A DNA stretch of 64,000 nucleotides from Planctomycetota bacterium (lineage in GTDB: Bacteria; Planctomycetota; UBA8108; SXIK01): assembly GCA_965223265.1 (NCBI GenBank), contig OZ244999.1:7584001-7648000 (forward strand), in the 5' to 3' direction. Every line of letters begins with the position of its first letter. Position 1 is the first letter of the stretch. Below, in pieces: positions 43,729 to 54,600 of this stretch. The notes under the pieces are model-generated. The model was given only the letters and a program-made list of their open reading frames with translations, did not search any database and was not told the origin of the DNA. The translations under genes were made by a program, and so were the position numbers.

Positions 43729-44007
43729 CTCCGCCCCACGCCTGCTGCTGCGCAACTCGTGGTACTCCTCTGACCTCCGCCAAACGCCATGTTGCGGAGA
43801 CGAACTGACGGACACCCGCTTCCGGCGAAGGTTTGGGTGTGGTGGGGGACCGAGATGAGGTACGGATTTAGCGTGCGCATCGGATAAGATGGCGTGCGGG
43901 GGAGTCGACGCGAAGCCATGGACGGACGGCCGCAAACGCCCGTCGGAGCAGAGTGGCGTCGGCAGGCACAATTTCGTGCGAGCTCGCTAAAACTTCGGAC
44001 TGCAGCC

Positions 44008-44676
44008 ATGTTCACGCGACACGTTACTCGGCTCTGTAGCTTCGGGCTCTTTTTCCTTCTCGGGATCGTTTTTGGCACGCTCGTTCTTCGCGATCATGCA
44101 CCCGCGAAGGCAGGTGGTGCAACGTCGTGCATCCCGGGTGATCTCAACGACGACGGCGGCTTTGACCTCTCAGACGCGGTGTTTGCCTTGAACCACCTGT
44201 TCGTGCAAGGCCCGGCGCCGACTCCCTGCATCGTATCGGCTTCAGACACCAAGATCGTCGCTGTGATTCGACACGCTGAAAAAGACGTCGGGATCGATCC
44301 CAGCTTGACCGAGGAAGGCAGAGCGCGCGCCGAACACCTCGCGGATCTGTTTGAGGATTTCCCTCTGACACAGCTGATCGCCAGCGATCTAAAACGTACG
44401 CAGGAAACCCTGGCTCCTCTCGCCGCGCGCAAGTCGATGGAGGTCAAAATCACAGCTGCTCTGGCAAACGCAGAGGAGGTGACCGCATGTCTTCAAGCGC
44501 TCCCCACCGGGAGCTTCTCGATCGTCGCTCACCATAGCTTCACAATTCCCAACTTGCTGCGTGGAGTTGGGGCGATCGGCGAAGGCGAATTCGTCACTGT
44601 TTCTGGCTTCGATCAGTTTTGGCTCGTCATCTTTCGTGGCACTGACACGCCAGAAGTCGTCGAGCTCAGGTACTGA
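44008..44676 (+). CDS. Secreted single dockerin-like loop + histidine phosphatase (PGM/SixA-like)
   Basis: Signal/TM segment; CIPGDLNDDGGFDLSDAVFALNHLFVQGPAPTPC; VIRHAEK, LTEEGRARA, SDLKRTQET, AHHS. Confidence 0.85.
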   Translation: MFTRHVTRLCSFGLFFLLGIVFGTLVLRDHAPAKAGGATSCIPGDLNDDGGFDLSDAVFALNHLFVQGPAPTPCIVSASDTKIVAVIRHAEKDVGIDPSLTEEGRARAEHLADLFEDFPLTQLIASDLKRTQETLAPLAARKSMEVKITAALANAEEVTACLQALPTGSFSIVAHHSFTIPNLLRGVGAIGEGEFVTVSGFDQFWLVIFRGTDTPEVVELRY

Positions 44677-44749
44677 TCCGATCAACGCAAGCTCGTAGGG
44701 GCAGGACCGCGCTTCGGGTAGCGGAGTCACACCCACGCTCGCCTTCGGG

Positions 44750-46321
44750 CTACCGCAGCCACTTCTCCGCGATCTGCTCCGTTTCGTCGGCCGTGATCAT
44801 CCAGCGCAAGAGTCGGTCTTTCATCGCGGCAATCACCTCGGCGAGATCCTCGCGGTCGACGAGATTGTGCTTCTCGCCGGGGTCATTCTCGAGGTCATAG
44901 AGCTCGGCGAAGCCGTCAGGGTAGTAGTTGTACTTCCATTTCTTCGAGCGAACCATCTTGGCATCGGGGTGACGCACGCCGCCAACTCCTTTCCCCTTCT
45001 CGAAAAAGAAGCCGTATCCGTTGATCACCTCGGGGATGATGTTCTCGCAGAACACCACGTCGCGCGGCAAATAGGCACGATCAACCCCGCCGACGAGCGG
45101 CGCAAAGCTCCTACCTTGGCAGTGCCTCGGCTCGTCGATGCCGATCAATTCGCACAACGTCGGGACGAAGTCCGTTGTCTCGATGAGTTCGTCGTACACT
45201 CCGGCCCGAATGCGGCCCGGGTAACTCATGAGGAACGGGATCCGAATCGAAGCTTCGTAGAACGCATTCTTGCCTACGAAGCCGTGTTCGAGCAGTTGAT
45301 CGCCGTGGTCACTGGTAAAGATGACGATCGTGTTGTCGGCGCACTCGGCACTCTCGAGCGCTTGGACCATCAGACCGACTTCGTGGTCGATCTGAGACAC
45401 GGCGGCATAATAGCTACGATAGATCCACTGAAGACGATCTCGGTCCATGTCGTACGAGGGTCGTCCGCGCAAGATCAACTTCTGAAGGGGAGGTGGCAGC
45501 TTCTTTATGTCGTCGAGCGTCACCCTGTCAGGAAGCGGAATCTCGACGTCGTCATACATCTCGTCGTACGGCCGGGGAACCTCGTGTGGCGAGTGCGGCT
45601 TCCAAAACGATGCGTAAATAAAGAATGGCTTGTCGCCGCCAGCAAGCTCGGCAATATACTCCCGCGTTTTGAGGCCGACCCACGCCGATTCGGTGTACTC
45701 TTTGTCGATCGCGGCGCGAAACGGGTTTTTGCCTGGTTCGATGTCTGAAGCAACGCGGCGGTAATGAGTATCGCTCCTTGGATCGTTCGCTCGTCGCCAC
45801 TTGACGTAATCTGAAAACTCGTCCCTCCCTGGCACTGCATCGTGAAGTTGTACGTAATCGAAACCGACACGGCGCGCCTCCTCGGGGGTCGGAGGATAGA
45901 GATGGAGTTTACCCACGGTCGCAGTTGCGTAGCCTGCATCCCGAAGAATCCTCGGCATCAGGACCTCATCACGTTTTAGCGGCGTGTAGTTGACACGGTT
46001 CTTGTGGCTGTGCGGGTAGCGACCCGTAAACCAGGTCGCACGCGAAGGCACGCACACCGGAGCTTGAACAAACGTGGACTGAAAGTTGGCCGACCTCGCT
46101 GCCAGCTGATCGAGGTGCGGTGTCTTGATCAACGGGTTGCCGTTTGCCCCCAGGCAATCGTAGCGGTGTTGATCGGTCATGATGAAGAGGATGTTCGGCC
46201 GCTGCATTTGATCAGCAGCAACCGGCGAAGCCAGCATCCACGCCCGTGCCGCGACCACCAACACACCAAGGCGCAGCACGGCGTTCGCAAACCGACGTTT
46301 CGGCATCGATCGATCAAACAT
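44750..46321 (-). CDS. Sulfatase (choline-sulfatase-like subfamily), secreted
   Basis: RPNILFIMTDQHRYD, CVPSR, GKLH, KPHSP, FTSDHG, KNAFYEASIRIP. Confidence 0.95.
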   Translation of the reverse strand: MFDRSMPKRRFANAVLRLGVLVVAARAWMLASPVAADQMQRPNILFIMTDQHRYDCLGANGNPLIKTPHLDQLAARSANFQSTFVQAPVCVPSRATWFTGRYPHSHKNRVNYTPLKRDEVLMPRILRDAGYATATVGKLHLYPPTPEEARRVGFDYVQLHDAVPGRDEFSDYVKWRRANDPRSDTHYRRVASDIEPGKNPFRAAIDKEYTESAWVGLKTREYIAELAGGDKPFFIYASFWKPHSPHEVPRPYDEMYDDVEIPLPDRVTLDDIKKLPPPLQKLILRGRPSYDMDRDRLQWIYRSYYAAVSQIDHEVGLMVQALESAECADNTIVIFTSDHGDQLLEHGFVGKNAFYEASIRIPFLMSYPGRIRAGVYDELIETTDFVPTLCELIGIDEPRHCQGRSFAPLVGGVDRAYLPRDVVFCENIIPEVINGYGFFFEKGKGVGGVRHPDAKMVRSKKWKYNYYPDGFAELYDLENDPGEKHNLVDREDLAEVIAAMKDRLLRWMITADETEQIAEKWLR

Positions 46322-46446
46322 CAGGTTTCGCTCCTATCACTTTGACGACGCGATTTTGTCGAGACGCGGCGACGGCGACGCAACCACGGATGCATACGAC
46401 TCCCGCAGCATCGGTCGATGACTGCGCACACCTGCACTCTAACGCG

Positions 46447-47961
46447 TCAGGCGAGAATATCCTCAACTACGTGAGCGTCGAACGTCGCCGTCAACTTGTT
46501 CTTGAGCCCGTTGCGTTCGAGGAAGAGGTGCTCGTGGTTTAGACCGAGCAAGTGAAGAATCGTCGCGTGCCAGTCAGGCACGCCCACTGGGTTCACTGTC
46601 GCGGCAAAGCCGAGCTCATCCGTCTCGCCGTGAATCGTACCGCCGCGAACACCGCCGCCGGCGAACCAAGTGCAAAACGCATTCTTGTTGTGGTCGCGAC
46701 CAGCGTTGCGAGCGTCCTTGTTCGCCGGCAGCTGCGCCACCGGCAACCGTCCAAACTCACCCCCCCATGCGACGAGCGTCGAATCCAGCAAGCCCCGGCG
46801 CTTCAGATCCGTCAGCAGCGCTGCGATCGGCTGATCCGTGCGCTCGCAGGCGCGGCGCAGCGACGGCTCGAGTCTGGTGTGATTGTCCCAGATCTGAAAA
46901 TCGATGAAGAGCTGCACGAAGCGCACGCCGCGCTCGATCAGCCGCCTGGCAATCAAGCAACGCCGTCCGTACGAATCCGTAGGCTCGTTCCCGATGCCGT
47001 AAAGATCGAGTGTCGCCTGACTCTCGCTCGCGACGTCAAGAGCGTCGGTCGCCGCCAGTTGCATCCGCGCCGCCAGTTCGTACGTTGCGATCTTCGCATC
47101 GAGCTGTGGATATCCTAAACGTTCCCCTTGATGCACTCGATCAAGCTGAGTCACGAATTCGCGCTCTAGCTTTGTGATGTCTTCGGGCTGCGCGTATCCC
47201 GGTTTGAGATTGAGAACCGCGGAGCCCTTCGAGCGAAAACGTGTGCCTTGAAACACTGGCGGCAAATAACCAGCCTGCCAGCTCTGGGTTCGGTTCACCG
47301 GCAGTCCCTTTGGATCGTCGAGAACAACGTATGCCGGAAGGTTTTGATTCACGCTTCCGAGGCCATAGGTAACCCACGAGCCGAGCGACGGCAACCCGGG
47401 GAGCATCTGGCCGCTGTGGATGATGTAGAGCGCCGGCTCATGCGTCAGATTGGTCGTAAACATTGAGCGAATGAACGCGATGTCGTCGACGCGGCGCGCC
47501 AGGTGCGGCATCAACTCACTCACCCACATGCCGCACTCGCCATGGCGAGCGAAGTTGTACGGGCTGCGCATGAGCGAACCAGCCTGTGTTGGGCTCTCGA
47601 GCTCACCCGCGATGCGCTCGAAGTACGACTTTCCGTGGTTTCGGTCAAGCTCAGGCTTCGGATCAAACAGGTCCATCTGGCTTGGTCCACCGTTCATGAA
47701 CAGATGGATCATCGCACGGGCGCGCGGTTTATGGTGGTGTGTGCGCGGCTTCAAATCCGACGGCGGCGGTGGTGACCCGCCATGCGTTACCTCTTCGACA
47801 GCCTGGGCTTCATCAGCGCAGAGCGACGAGAGAGCAGCACCCAACACACCACCCCCTACGCTGTGTAGGAACTGCCGTCGGGTTCGTCCAAGCTGATCGC
47901 AAAGCTTGCGAGATTCTTCCGTGGACATCTGCTCTAGTTTTCCGCTACGAAGTTCTGACAC
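46447..47961 (-). CDS. DUF1501 domain protein
   Basis: TRRQFL Tat motif; IHLFMNGGPSQMDLFDPKP, YELAARMQ, WGGEFGRLP, GRDHN. Confidence 0.93.
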   Translation of the reverse strand: MSELRSGKLEQMSTEESRKLCDQLGRTRRQFLHSVGGGVLGAALSSLCADEAQAVEEVTHGGSPPPPSDLKPRTHHHKPRARAMIHLFMNGGPSQMDLFDPKPELDRNHGKSYFERIAGELESPTQAGSLMRSPYNFARHGECGMWVSELMPHLARRVDDIAFIRSMFTTNLTHEPALYIIHSGQMLPGLPSLGSWVTYGLGSVNQNLPAYVVLDDPKGLPVNRTQSWQAGYLPPVFQGTRFRSKGSAVLNLKPGYAQPEDITKLEREFVTQLDRVHQGERLGYPQLDAKIATYELAARMQLAATDALDVASESQATLDLYGIGNEPTDSYGRRCLIARRLIERGVRFVQLFIDFQIWDNHTRLEPSLRRACERTDQPIAALLTDLKRRGLLDSTLVAWGGEFGRLPVAQLPANKDARNAGRDHNKNAFCTWFAGGGVRGGTIHGETDELGFAATVNPVGVPDWHATILHLLGLNHEHLFLERNGLKNKLTATFDAHVVEDILA

Positions 47962-47971
47962 CTTGTCGATT

Positions 47972-50788
47972 CTAATCGACGTAAACGAAACCGGACGAGT
48001 TCAAGACGGCGTGACACAAGTTGGTGAGAGCACGCAATGCCGGCGACTTCCCGCCGTCCGTTTGTTCATTCGACTCGTCGACCTGGTCCGCCACCTTCTT
48101 CCAACGACTCTCGAGCTCTTCCAGGAACCGAAGCGACACGCTCACCTCGGTGGCTCGCGGGGAGCGGCCATAGGCGCTCCAGTAGATCGCCTCGATCTGT
48201 GCTCTTTGGTCCGCCCCGACCTCGGCTTGCACACGCGAGGCAAACGATCGAGCTAGTTCACTGACAGTTTTGTCGTGAAAAAGGTGAAGAGCTTGAGAGA
48301 CGACGATCGATTCGGCGCGCTCGACGCACTGGGGCGTCATCTGCGGCAAATCGAAACTCTCGAGCAAGGTCGGTGTCTGTGTCCGTCGCTGGAGGACATA
48401 GACGCTCCGCCGCGCCCCGTCGGGACCGGGAGGTGCAACGATCAAGCCGTCATCCTCCACCTGAACGCCCACCGCCGGACCAAACATCTTGGCGTCAAGA
48501 CGCCCCGTCACCGCGACGAGGGCATCACGGATAGCCTCCGCCTCGAGTCGCCGCAGCGGCATCCGTGAATAGAGAACGCCGTCGGGGTCACGACGCATCA
48601 CGTCGTCAGCGACACGAGAGGTCTGCCGGTAAGTGTTCGACATCAGTAAAAGCCGATGGAGGTGCTTGAAACTCCAACCGCTTTCTTCGAACTCGACGGC
48701 CAGCCAATCGAGAAGCTCGGGATGGGTCGGCGCTGCACCGGCGCTGCCGAAGTTATCGAGTGTGGCGACGATCCCGCGGCCGAAGTGATGTTTCCAGATG
48801 CGATTAACGATCACGCGTGAGGTGAGTGGGTGGCGCGAACTCGTAAGCCAACGCGCGAACGCGAGGCGACGACCGGTCTTGGAGGCGCCCTGCCACGGCG
48901 GTTTCACCTGGAATCCTACCGTCGTCGGCACAGCTGCCGGCACGCCGGGAGAGACCAGCCGCCCCGGCATCAAGTAGTCGCCGCGTTCGAGAAGGTACGT
49001 CGGAGACGGTTCCCCGCGGTCCCAGAGAGCGCGCACAAACGGCTCGGGCTTGACGTTCTTTTCGAACTCCTGGCGCTTTGCACGCAATTCATCCGCGATC
49101 TTCTGATACTCCGGGTCAAGGCGACCAAGTTCCTCGTCAGTGATCGTCAACTCCGACTCGAATCGCTTCAAGAGCGCCTCCTCCGACTCGCTGCGGCGAT
49201 CAGCCGGCTTTTTGAGAAGTAGCCCCACGTCTTTCCGGACGCCCTCCGGCAGCTTCAGAATCCGCGCTTCGAGGTGCGGTTGACGCCGCTCCTCGGTTAT
49301 TCCCGCCAGCTTCGCGTCGAGCTCGGAGATCGCCTTGAGCACAGGCTCGCGTTCCTCCTGCCACGCACGTCGCTCCGTGTGAGTGACAAACGGCAATCGC
49401 CGCGCCCGCGGCGCAAGCCAGTCATGTTCGTCGTAGGCGCCCTTGAAAACCGCCGCCAGCCGATAGTAGTCATGCTGAGGAATCGGGTCGAACTTGTGCG
49501 CGTGACAACGGGCGCACTTCAACGTCAAACCCATGACACTTCCGACTACTTCGATCTGGTCGCCGATTTGCTCAAGTCGATCGGGGACGAAGTTCGTGAT
49601 GTTTGCATAGGTTCCGTCTGGAGACATGCGCAAGAACCCAGTCGCAACAAGGTTCTCGTACATCTCTTGGGTGATGACGTCAGCAGACTCGTAGTTCAAA
49701 AGCTCGTCGCCGGCGAGCTGCTCGCGCAAGAAATGATCGTACGGTTTGTCGCGATTCAGCGAGCTGATGACGTAATCGCGGTACCGATAGGCGCTCGGTC
49801 GGATCTGATCGGCGTGCTGCACGCCCTCGGAGTCCGAGTAACCGGCAACGTCAAGCCAGTGCCGCCCCCAGCGTTCACCATAGCGCGGCGACGCGAGTAG
49901 ACGATCCACAGCTTTCTCATATCGGTCGGGTTCATCGTCCGCTGCAAATTCACGCGCCGCTGGCGCCGGAGGTGGAAGCCCAGTGAGATCGAACGTCACA
50001 CGGCGGAGCAACTCGAGCGGCGCCGCTGGCGGCGCCAAGGCGAGACCTTTCGGCTCCAAACGTGCCACGATGAAAGCGTCCACGGGATTGTGCACTTGCT
50101 TAGACTGCTGCACGGACGGCACCGCGGGTCGACGTGGAGGACGAAACGCCCACAGCTCTGGATCGGCCACAGTGATCGTTTCGACGTTATCGCTCGACGC
50201 TGGCGCGACGGACGCACTTGGTGCGATCGAGTCGACAGACCCATCATCATCCTCATCCCGAACCGCCTGGACACCGCCGGGCGCTCCGGCAGCGATCCAT
50301 CGGCTGAGACGATCGAGTTCAAGCCCGCGTACGGGCTTGACGCTCACTTCGACGAGACGTCGTCGCGGCGGCATCTCCTCGGCTCGAATGCGCTTGAGTA
50401 ACAGACTGGCATCAGGATCTCCGGGGACGATCGCTGGACCCGACGCGCCGCCCTTCAACATTGAGGCCCGCGTGCGAAGGTCGAGGCCTCCCTCTTGCCG
50501 TCGCGTCCCGTGACACGGAGCGCAGCGCAGATAAAGAATCGGGAGAACGTCGTGAATCGTCGCAGACGCGTCACGCGTTCCCGTTTTGTTCCCCGGCGGA
50601 TTTGCTACGAGTTCGGCGGCACCGAGAACGACACACAGCGCGGCGACAAAGGTTAGTCGTGAGGCCATCCGTAGATGCGAAGTGGGCGCTCCACGCGACG
50701 ACGTTCGCATCGATCTCGACAGACGCGCAGAAAACAGAGGGTAGGGAAGCGAGGAAACCCCGGCGGACGGCAGTGCCATGAAACCCAT
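47972..50788 (-). CDS. Planctomycete cytochrome c + DUF1549/DUF1553 protein
   Basis: [48 protein letters not shown]; true start may be near 50668 (MASRLTF). Confidence 0.92.
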   Translation of the reverse strand: MGFMALPSAGVSSLPYPLFSARLSRSMRTSSRGAPTSHLRMASRLTFVAALCVVLGAAELVANPPGNKTGTRDASATIHDVLPILYLRCAPCHGTRRQEGGLDLRTRASMLKGGASGPAIVPGDPDASLLLKRIRAEEMPPRRRLVEVSVKPVRGLELDRLSRWIAAGAPGGVQAVRDEDDDGSVDSIAPSASVAPASSDNVETITVADPELWAFRPPRRPAVPSVQQSKQVHNPVDAFIVARLEPKGLALAPPAAPLELLRRVTFDLTGLPPPAPAAREFAADDEPDRYEKAVDRLLASPRYGERWGRHWLDVAGYSDSEGVQHADQIRPSAYRYRDYVISSLNRDKPYDHFLREQLAGDELLNYESADVITQEMYENLVATGFLRMSPDGTYANITNFVPDRLEQIGDQIEVVGSVMGLTLKCARCHAHKFDPIPQHDYYRLAAVFKGAYDEHDWLAPRARRLPFVTHTERRAWQEEREPVLKAISELDAKLAGITEERRQPHLEARILKLPEGVRKDVGLLLKKPADRRSESEEALLKRFESELTITDEELGRLDPEYQKIADELRAKRQEFEKNVKPEPFVRALWDRGEPSPTYLLERGDYLMPGRLVSPGVPAAVPTTVGFQVKPPWQGASKTGRRLAFARWLTSSRHPLTSRVIVNRIWKHHFGRGIVATLDNFGSAGAAPTHPELLDWLAVEFEESGWSFKHLHRLLLMSNTYRQTSRVADDVMRRDPDGVLYSRMPLRRLEAEAIRDALVAVTGRLDAKMFGPAVGVQVEDDGLIVAPPGPDGARRSVYVLQRRTQTPTLLESFDLPQMTPQCVERAESIVVSQALHLFHDKTVSELARSFASRVQAEVGADQRAQIEAIYWSAYGRSPRATEVSVSLRFLEELESRWKKVADQVDESNEQTDGGKSPALRALTNLCHAVLNSSGFVYVD

Positions 50789-51037
50789 TTAACCCGGATC
50801 TCGCCCGAGTTCCCACAACGAGGTCGAAGGTTCACAGCTCGTAGGAATCGTGGGCAACGGGAAAACCGCCTCCCCCTGACCTACTTCGCCCGCGACAGCG
50901 TCGCAGTAACGGTCCAGAGTCGACCGAGCGACGTCGCCGACGGCGGCGACCGCGGCGACCGCGGCCGACCCAACCGCTGGCGACCCATGAACACTCCCGA
51001 GAAAGATTGTGAACGATCTCGCGATAGGCTAGGCTAG

Positions 51038-51197
51038 CAGCCCGTTGAAAAAGTCATTCGGCCGAGAAACCGGCCTCTTCACGCCCAGCTCGACCGCGTC
51101 AATACTCGAAAATCTCGGAGATTACCTGCGTTTGCCGCGGCCGATCTGGACGCGAAGAGACCAGTTTTCGGCTCGAAGCACTTTTTCAGGCAGGCTG
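51038..51197. mobile_element. MITE-like element with IS5/IS1182-like ends, flanked by CTAG
   Basis: CTAG(51034)-CAGCCCGTTGAAAAAG ... CTTTTTCAGGCAGGCTG-CTAG(51198). Confidence 0.7.
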
Positions 51198-51459
51198 CTA
51201 GCTCGAGTTTGGCCATTTCGCGTCGAGCCTGCCAGCGCCAGGAGCGTCGAGGCCAAGGAGCGACTCGGGCGCGATCCCGCTCGGGTCGTGGCGGAGGACG
51301 GGCGCAGGCATCGGCGCTCCTGGCGTTCCCCGAAGGGCCGGACAGGAGTTTTTGAACATGCACAAGGGTTCTCAGGGTACGAAAAAGTCGAAAGGGCCTT
51401 TGAATCCCCGCGAAACTCGTCCGGCCAGGCCGGCGCGAAATGGCCAAACTCGAGGCTAG
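51198..51459. mobile_element. CTAG-bounded MITE, copy 2 (262 bp)
   Basis: Same orientation and termini as 42240-42500, with scattered substitutions and one extra T. Confidence 0.88.
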
Positions 51460-51620
51460 GATAGGCTTAGGCGTATGTTTGAATCGTCGAAGCGCGATCG
51501 CGAGTGTTTCGCTTTCGCGGCGACGCTTCTTCGTCCATCATAGCGGCAAACGGTTATCAGCATTGCGGTCGTGAAGAACTCCTCGCTCCGCGCGATGCGA
51601 AACGTCCGGCGAGAGCCGAA

Positions 51621-54600
51621 ATGACTTTTTCGCCAAGCCCACGCCACCCCGGCTTTATCTTGTCGGAACGCTACGAAGTCGAGCGGAAGCTCGGCTCCGG
51701 TAGTCTAGGTCGAGTCTATCTGGCACGCGACCTAATGCGAAACCGCACCGTAGCGCTCAAGGTCGTGCGTTCCGAACGCTTCGGTCCCGGCGCACTCACG
51801 GCTCTGCAGCGAGAGTTCCGCGCTATTGCCTCCCTCCGACACCCGCAGATCGCTCAAGCGTTCGACTTCGGGTACTCCACCGACGAGGCGCGCCTCCCGT
51901 TCTATACGATGGAATACGTCGAAGGCGAACCTCTGGCGAGCGGTCCGCCGTCGTCCGGGTCACGCCCACTCGCATTTCTCCAGCCCGTTCTCGACGTCCT
52001 GGAAGCGCTTGAGTACCTCCACGCCCACGGACTCCTGCACCTCGACGTCCACCCCGGCAACGTCATCGTCTCGCCGCGCGACCGAGGGGCCGTTTTGATC
52101 GACATCGGCATGGTGCGGCCGAACGTCGATGCCATACCTTCCGTTCTGATGAAATCGGCGACGTGGATCGCTCCGGAAGTCGTCGCCGGTCAACCACCCA
52201 CCCCGAGCGCCGATCTCTTCTCGGTGGGAAAGCTAGCGCGCTACCGACTCACAAGTCCGCACGATCGCCGGCCCCACCTGCCCCGGGAGATTCCTGGCTG
52301 GGGATCGCGCCGCATGTTGGCGCTCGAACGCGTACTCGACAAAGCCACCGACGACGATCCCGAGCAGCGCTTCGAGTCCGCGGCCGCTTTCCGCGATGCG
52401 CTGGTGGCGGCTCTTGGCACGGGACATCACGGGCGCAGGGTTTTCGAGCCCGGCGACGTCACCATGGGACGCGCCCGCGAACTCGGAGCGATCGATGCGA
52501 CGATCGACTCGTGTTTGTCCGGGAAGACATCCGTCCTCTGGTTCGTCGGCGACTTCGGAATCGGGAAAAGCCAGCTTCTCGAGCAGGCACGAGTGCGAGC
52601 TCAGTTGCGGGGACTTGAGGTCGTCCAGACGCGATTCGCGCCCCAGGAGACGCAAGGAGTGCTGCGCGATCGTCTCTCACGTTCCGTACCCAAGGCCGCC
52701 GAGTGGCTCGCCCCGCTGGCGATGGAACATGGTGGCTCTTCCGCCGAACGCGCCAGCAAAGTTGCGCAGTCCTTCCTCGCGAGCCACGGCGCGGCGGTCG
52801 TGCTTCTGCTCGACGACGTTGAACTCGCCGACCGCGAGAGCCGACTTCTGGTAGACGCCTTCCTTGAGGAGTGCCTCGCACGGAGTTCAAGCAACCGCCT
52901 GGGCCGCGGCCTCGCACTTGTGCTCGCGAGTCAAGCGCCGCCCCCCAAGCCCGCCGGCGGTGATCGCAAACACGTGAAACGACTGCGCCCTCTGAGCACC
53001 AAGACTTCCCAGGATCTTCTGGAGTCACTTCTGCGCCCACTCAACGTCCCGCGAGCCCTGATCGCGGAGTGGGCGCGGGCCTCGCAAGGGAAACCCCGGC
53101 GTCTTCGGATGATCGCCCGGGCCGTGCAGCACGGCCGCGCCGGCCGCGGCAGCCGCGACATGGCTGCTGATGCTTTCGCGGCTTGGAGCGGTCAAGAGAT
53201 GGATGTGGAGCAGATCCTCTCCGATCTCGAGCCGACCGATGTCGGCGTGCTGCTTACGCTGGCGGTCTGTGCGCGGGGGCTGACCGAGGTTCAAGCCGCA
53301 GCTATCTGCTCGTCGGAAAGCGTCGCGCGAGCTCGACGCAGCCTGCGTCGTCTGACGAGCGCCGAACTCGTTATCAAGACCAAACGTGGTCGCTCAAACC
53401 TCTACTACATCCCGGCGTCGCAGCTTAGAGAACAGCTCAGCGCGACCACACGTGCGGTCGAACGCAAACGAATCCATGAACGCGCCGCTGCGTTTCTTCA
53501 AAGCCAATCGTCCGTCGACCTTCACGATCAACAGTCGCTTGTGCATCACCTTTTCGCCTGCGGTAAGGCGACTGAAGGCCACAGCCATGCAATGGCGACG
53601 TCGCAATCCCTGCGCACGGAAGGACACCATGAGGAGGCTGTCAATCTGCTCGAGCACTCGCTGCGGCACGCGCGGAGTCGACTCCAGCGCCTCCATCTCG
53701 CCGAAGCGATCAGCGAAATCCGCAGCGCAACGGGAGATCACGCCGAAGGGATCTCCGTCCTCGAGCCGGTCTTTGTCGAGTCGAAAGCGCGGCTCAATCG
53801 TTCCGAAGCCGTCCGCTTACGTCGTCGTCTCGGCGTCCACTTTCATCGTCTTGGCGATTGGAGCCGCGCCGTCACGCTTTTCGATGAGGCACTTGGATTC
53901 GCATCCGCCGCAGCCGACGCTACCGAAATCATATTCATCTATTCGGAGCTGGCGGAGATCCATACGTTTCGAGGCGACTTCGAGGCCGCCAAGGAGTCCT
54001 GCAACGCCGGTCTCGAACTCCTCAGCGACCTCGAGGCGAAGACGGATTTCAAAAGATCGATGGAGGTGACGCTTCGCGCTAGCCTTGGCCACGCCGCGCT
54101 CCGCAGCATGCAACTGGAACGCGCCATCGCCGAGTTCGAGGAGGCTCTGAAGCTCGCTCGCACAACAGGCACGACGACGTTCCGAGCGCAGATCTTGAAC
54201 AACCTCGGCATCGCCCATAACCAGCGTAGCGATTTCTCCCAGGCAGAGCGGTGCTTCCGACGTGCGGCGAAGTTGCACCTGCAGGCAGGCGATCGCGCCA
54301 ACCTCATCCAGACAGCCTGCAACCTCGCGGTGATCGCAGCGAAGCGCGGTTCGGCCTCAGCGGCGCGCGCGGAGATCAAAAACGCGCAGCGCCGATTGCA
54401 GGAGCACCCGGGTGTCCGACTCGAGTTCTTCGTTGGGGTCTCAGCGGCGCTCACCGAACATCTTGTGGGCGAAAGCGAGAAAGCCGTCGAGTCGTTCCGC
54501 GCGGCACTTCCTCTTGGCTACAAACTGGAAGACCACTACCTCGTCCATTTCAGCGAAGTCTACCTCGCTGAAGCCGAGATCGCTTGTGGACGCTACGACC

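Noticed and set aside
44695-44753. Possible GTAG...CTAC REP pair between convergent genes
   Set aside because: Weak pairing, single instance, and it overlaps the sulfatase stop codon.
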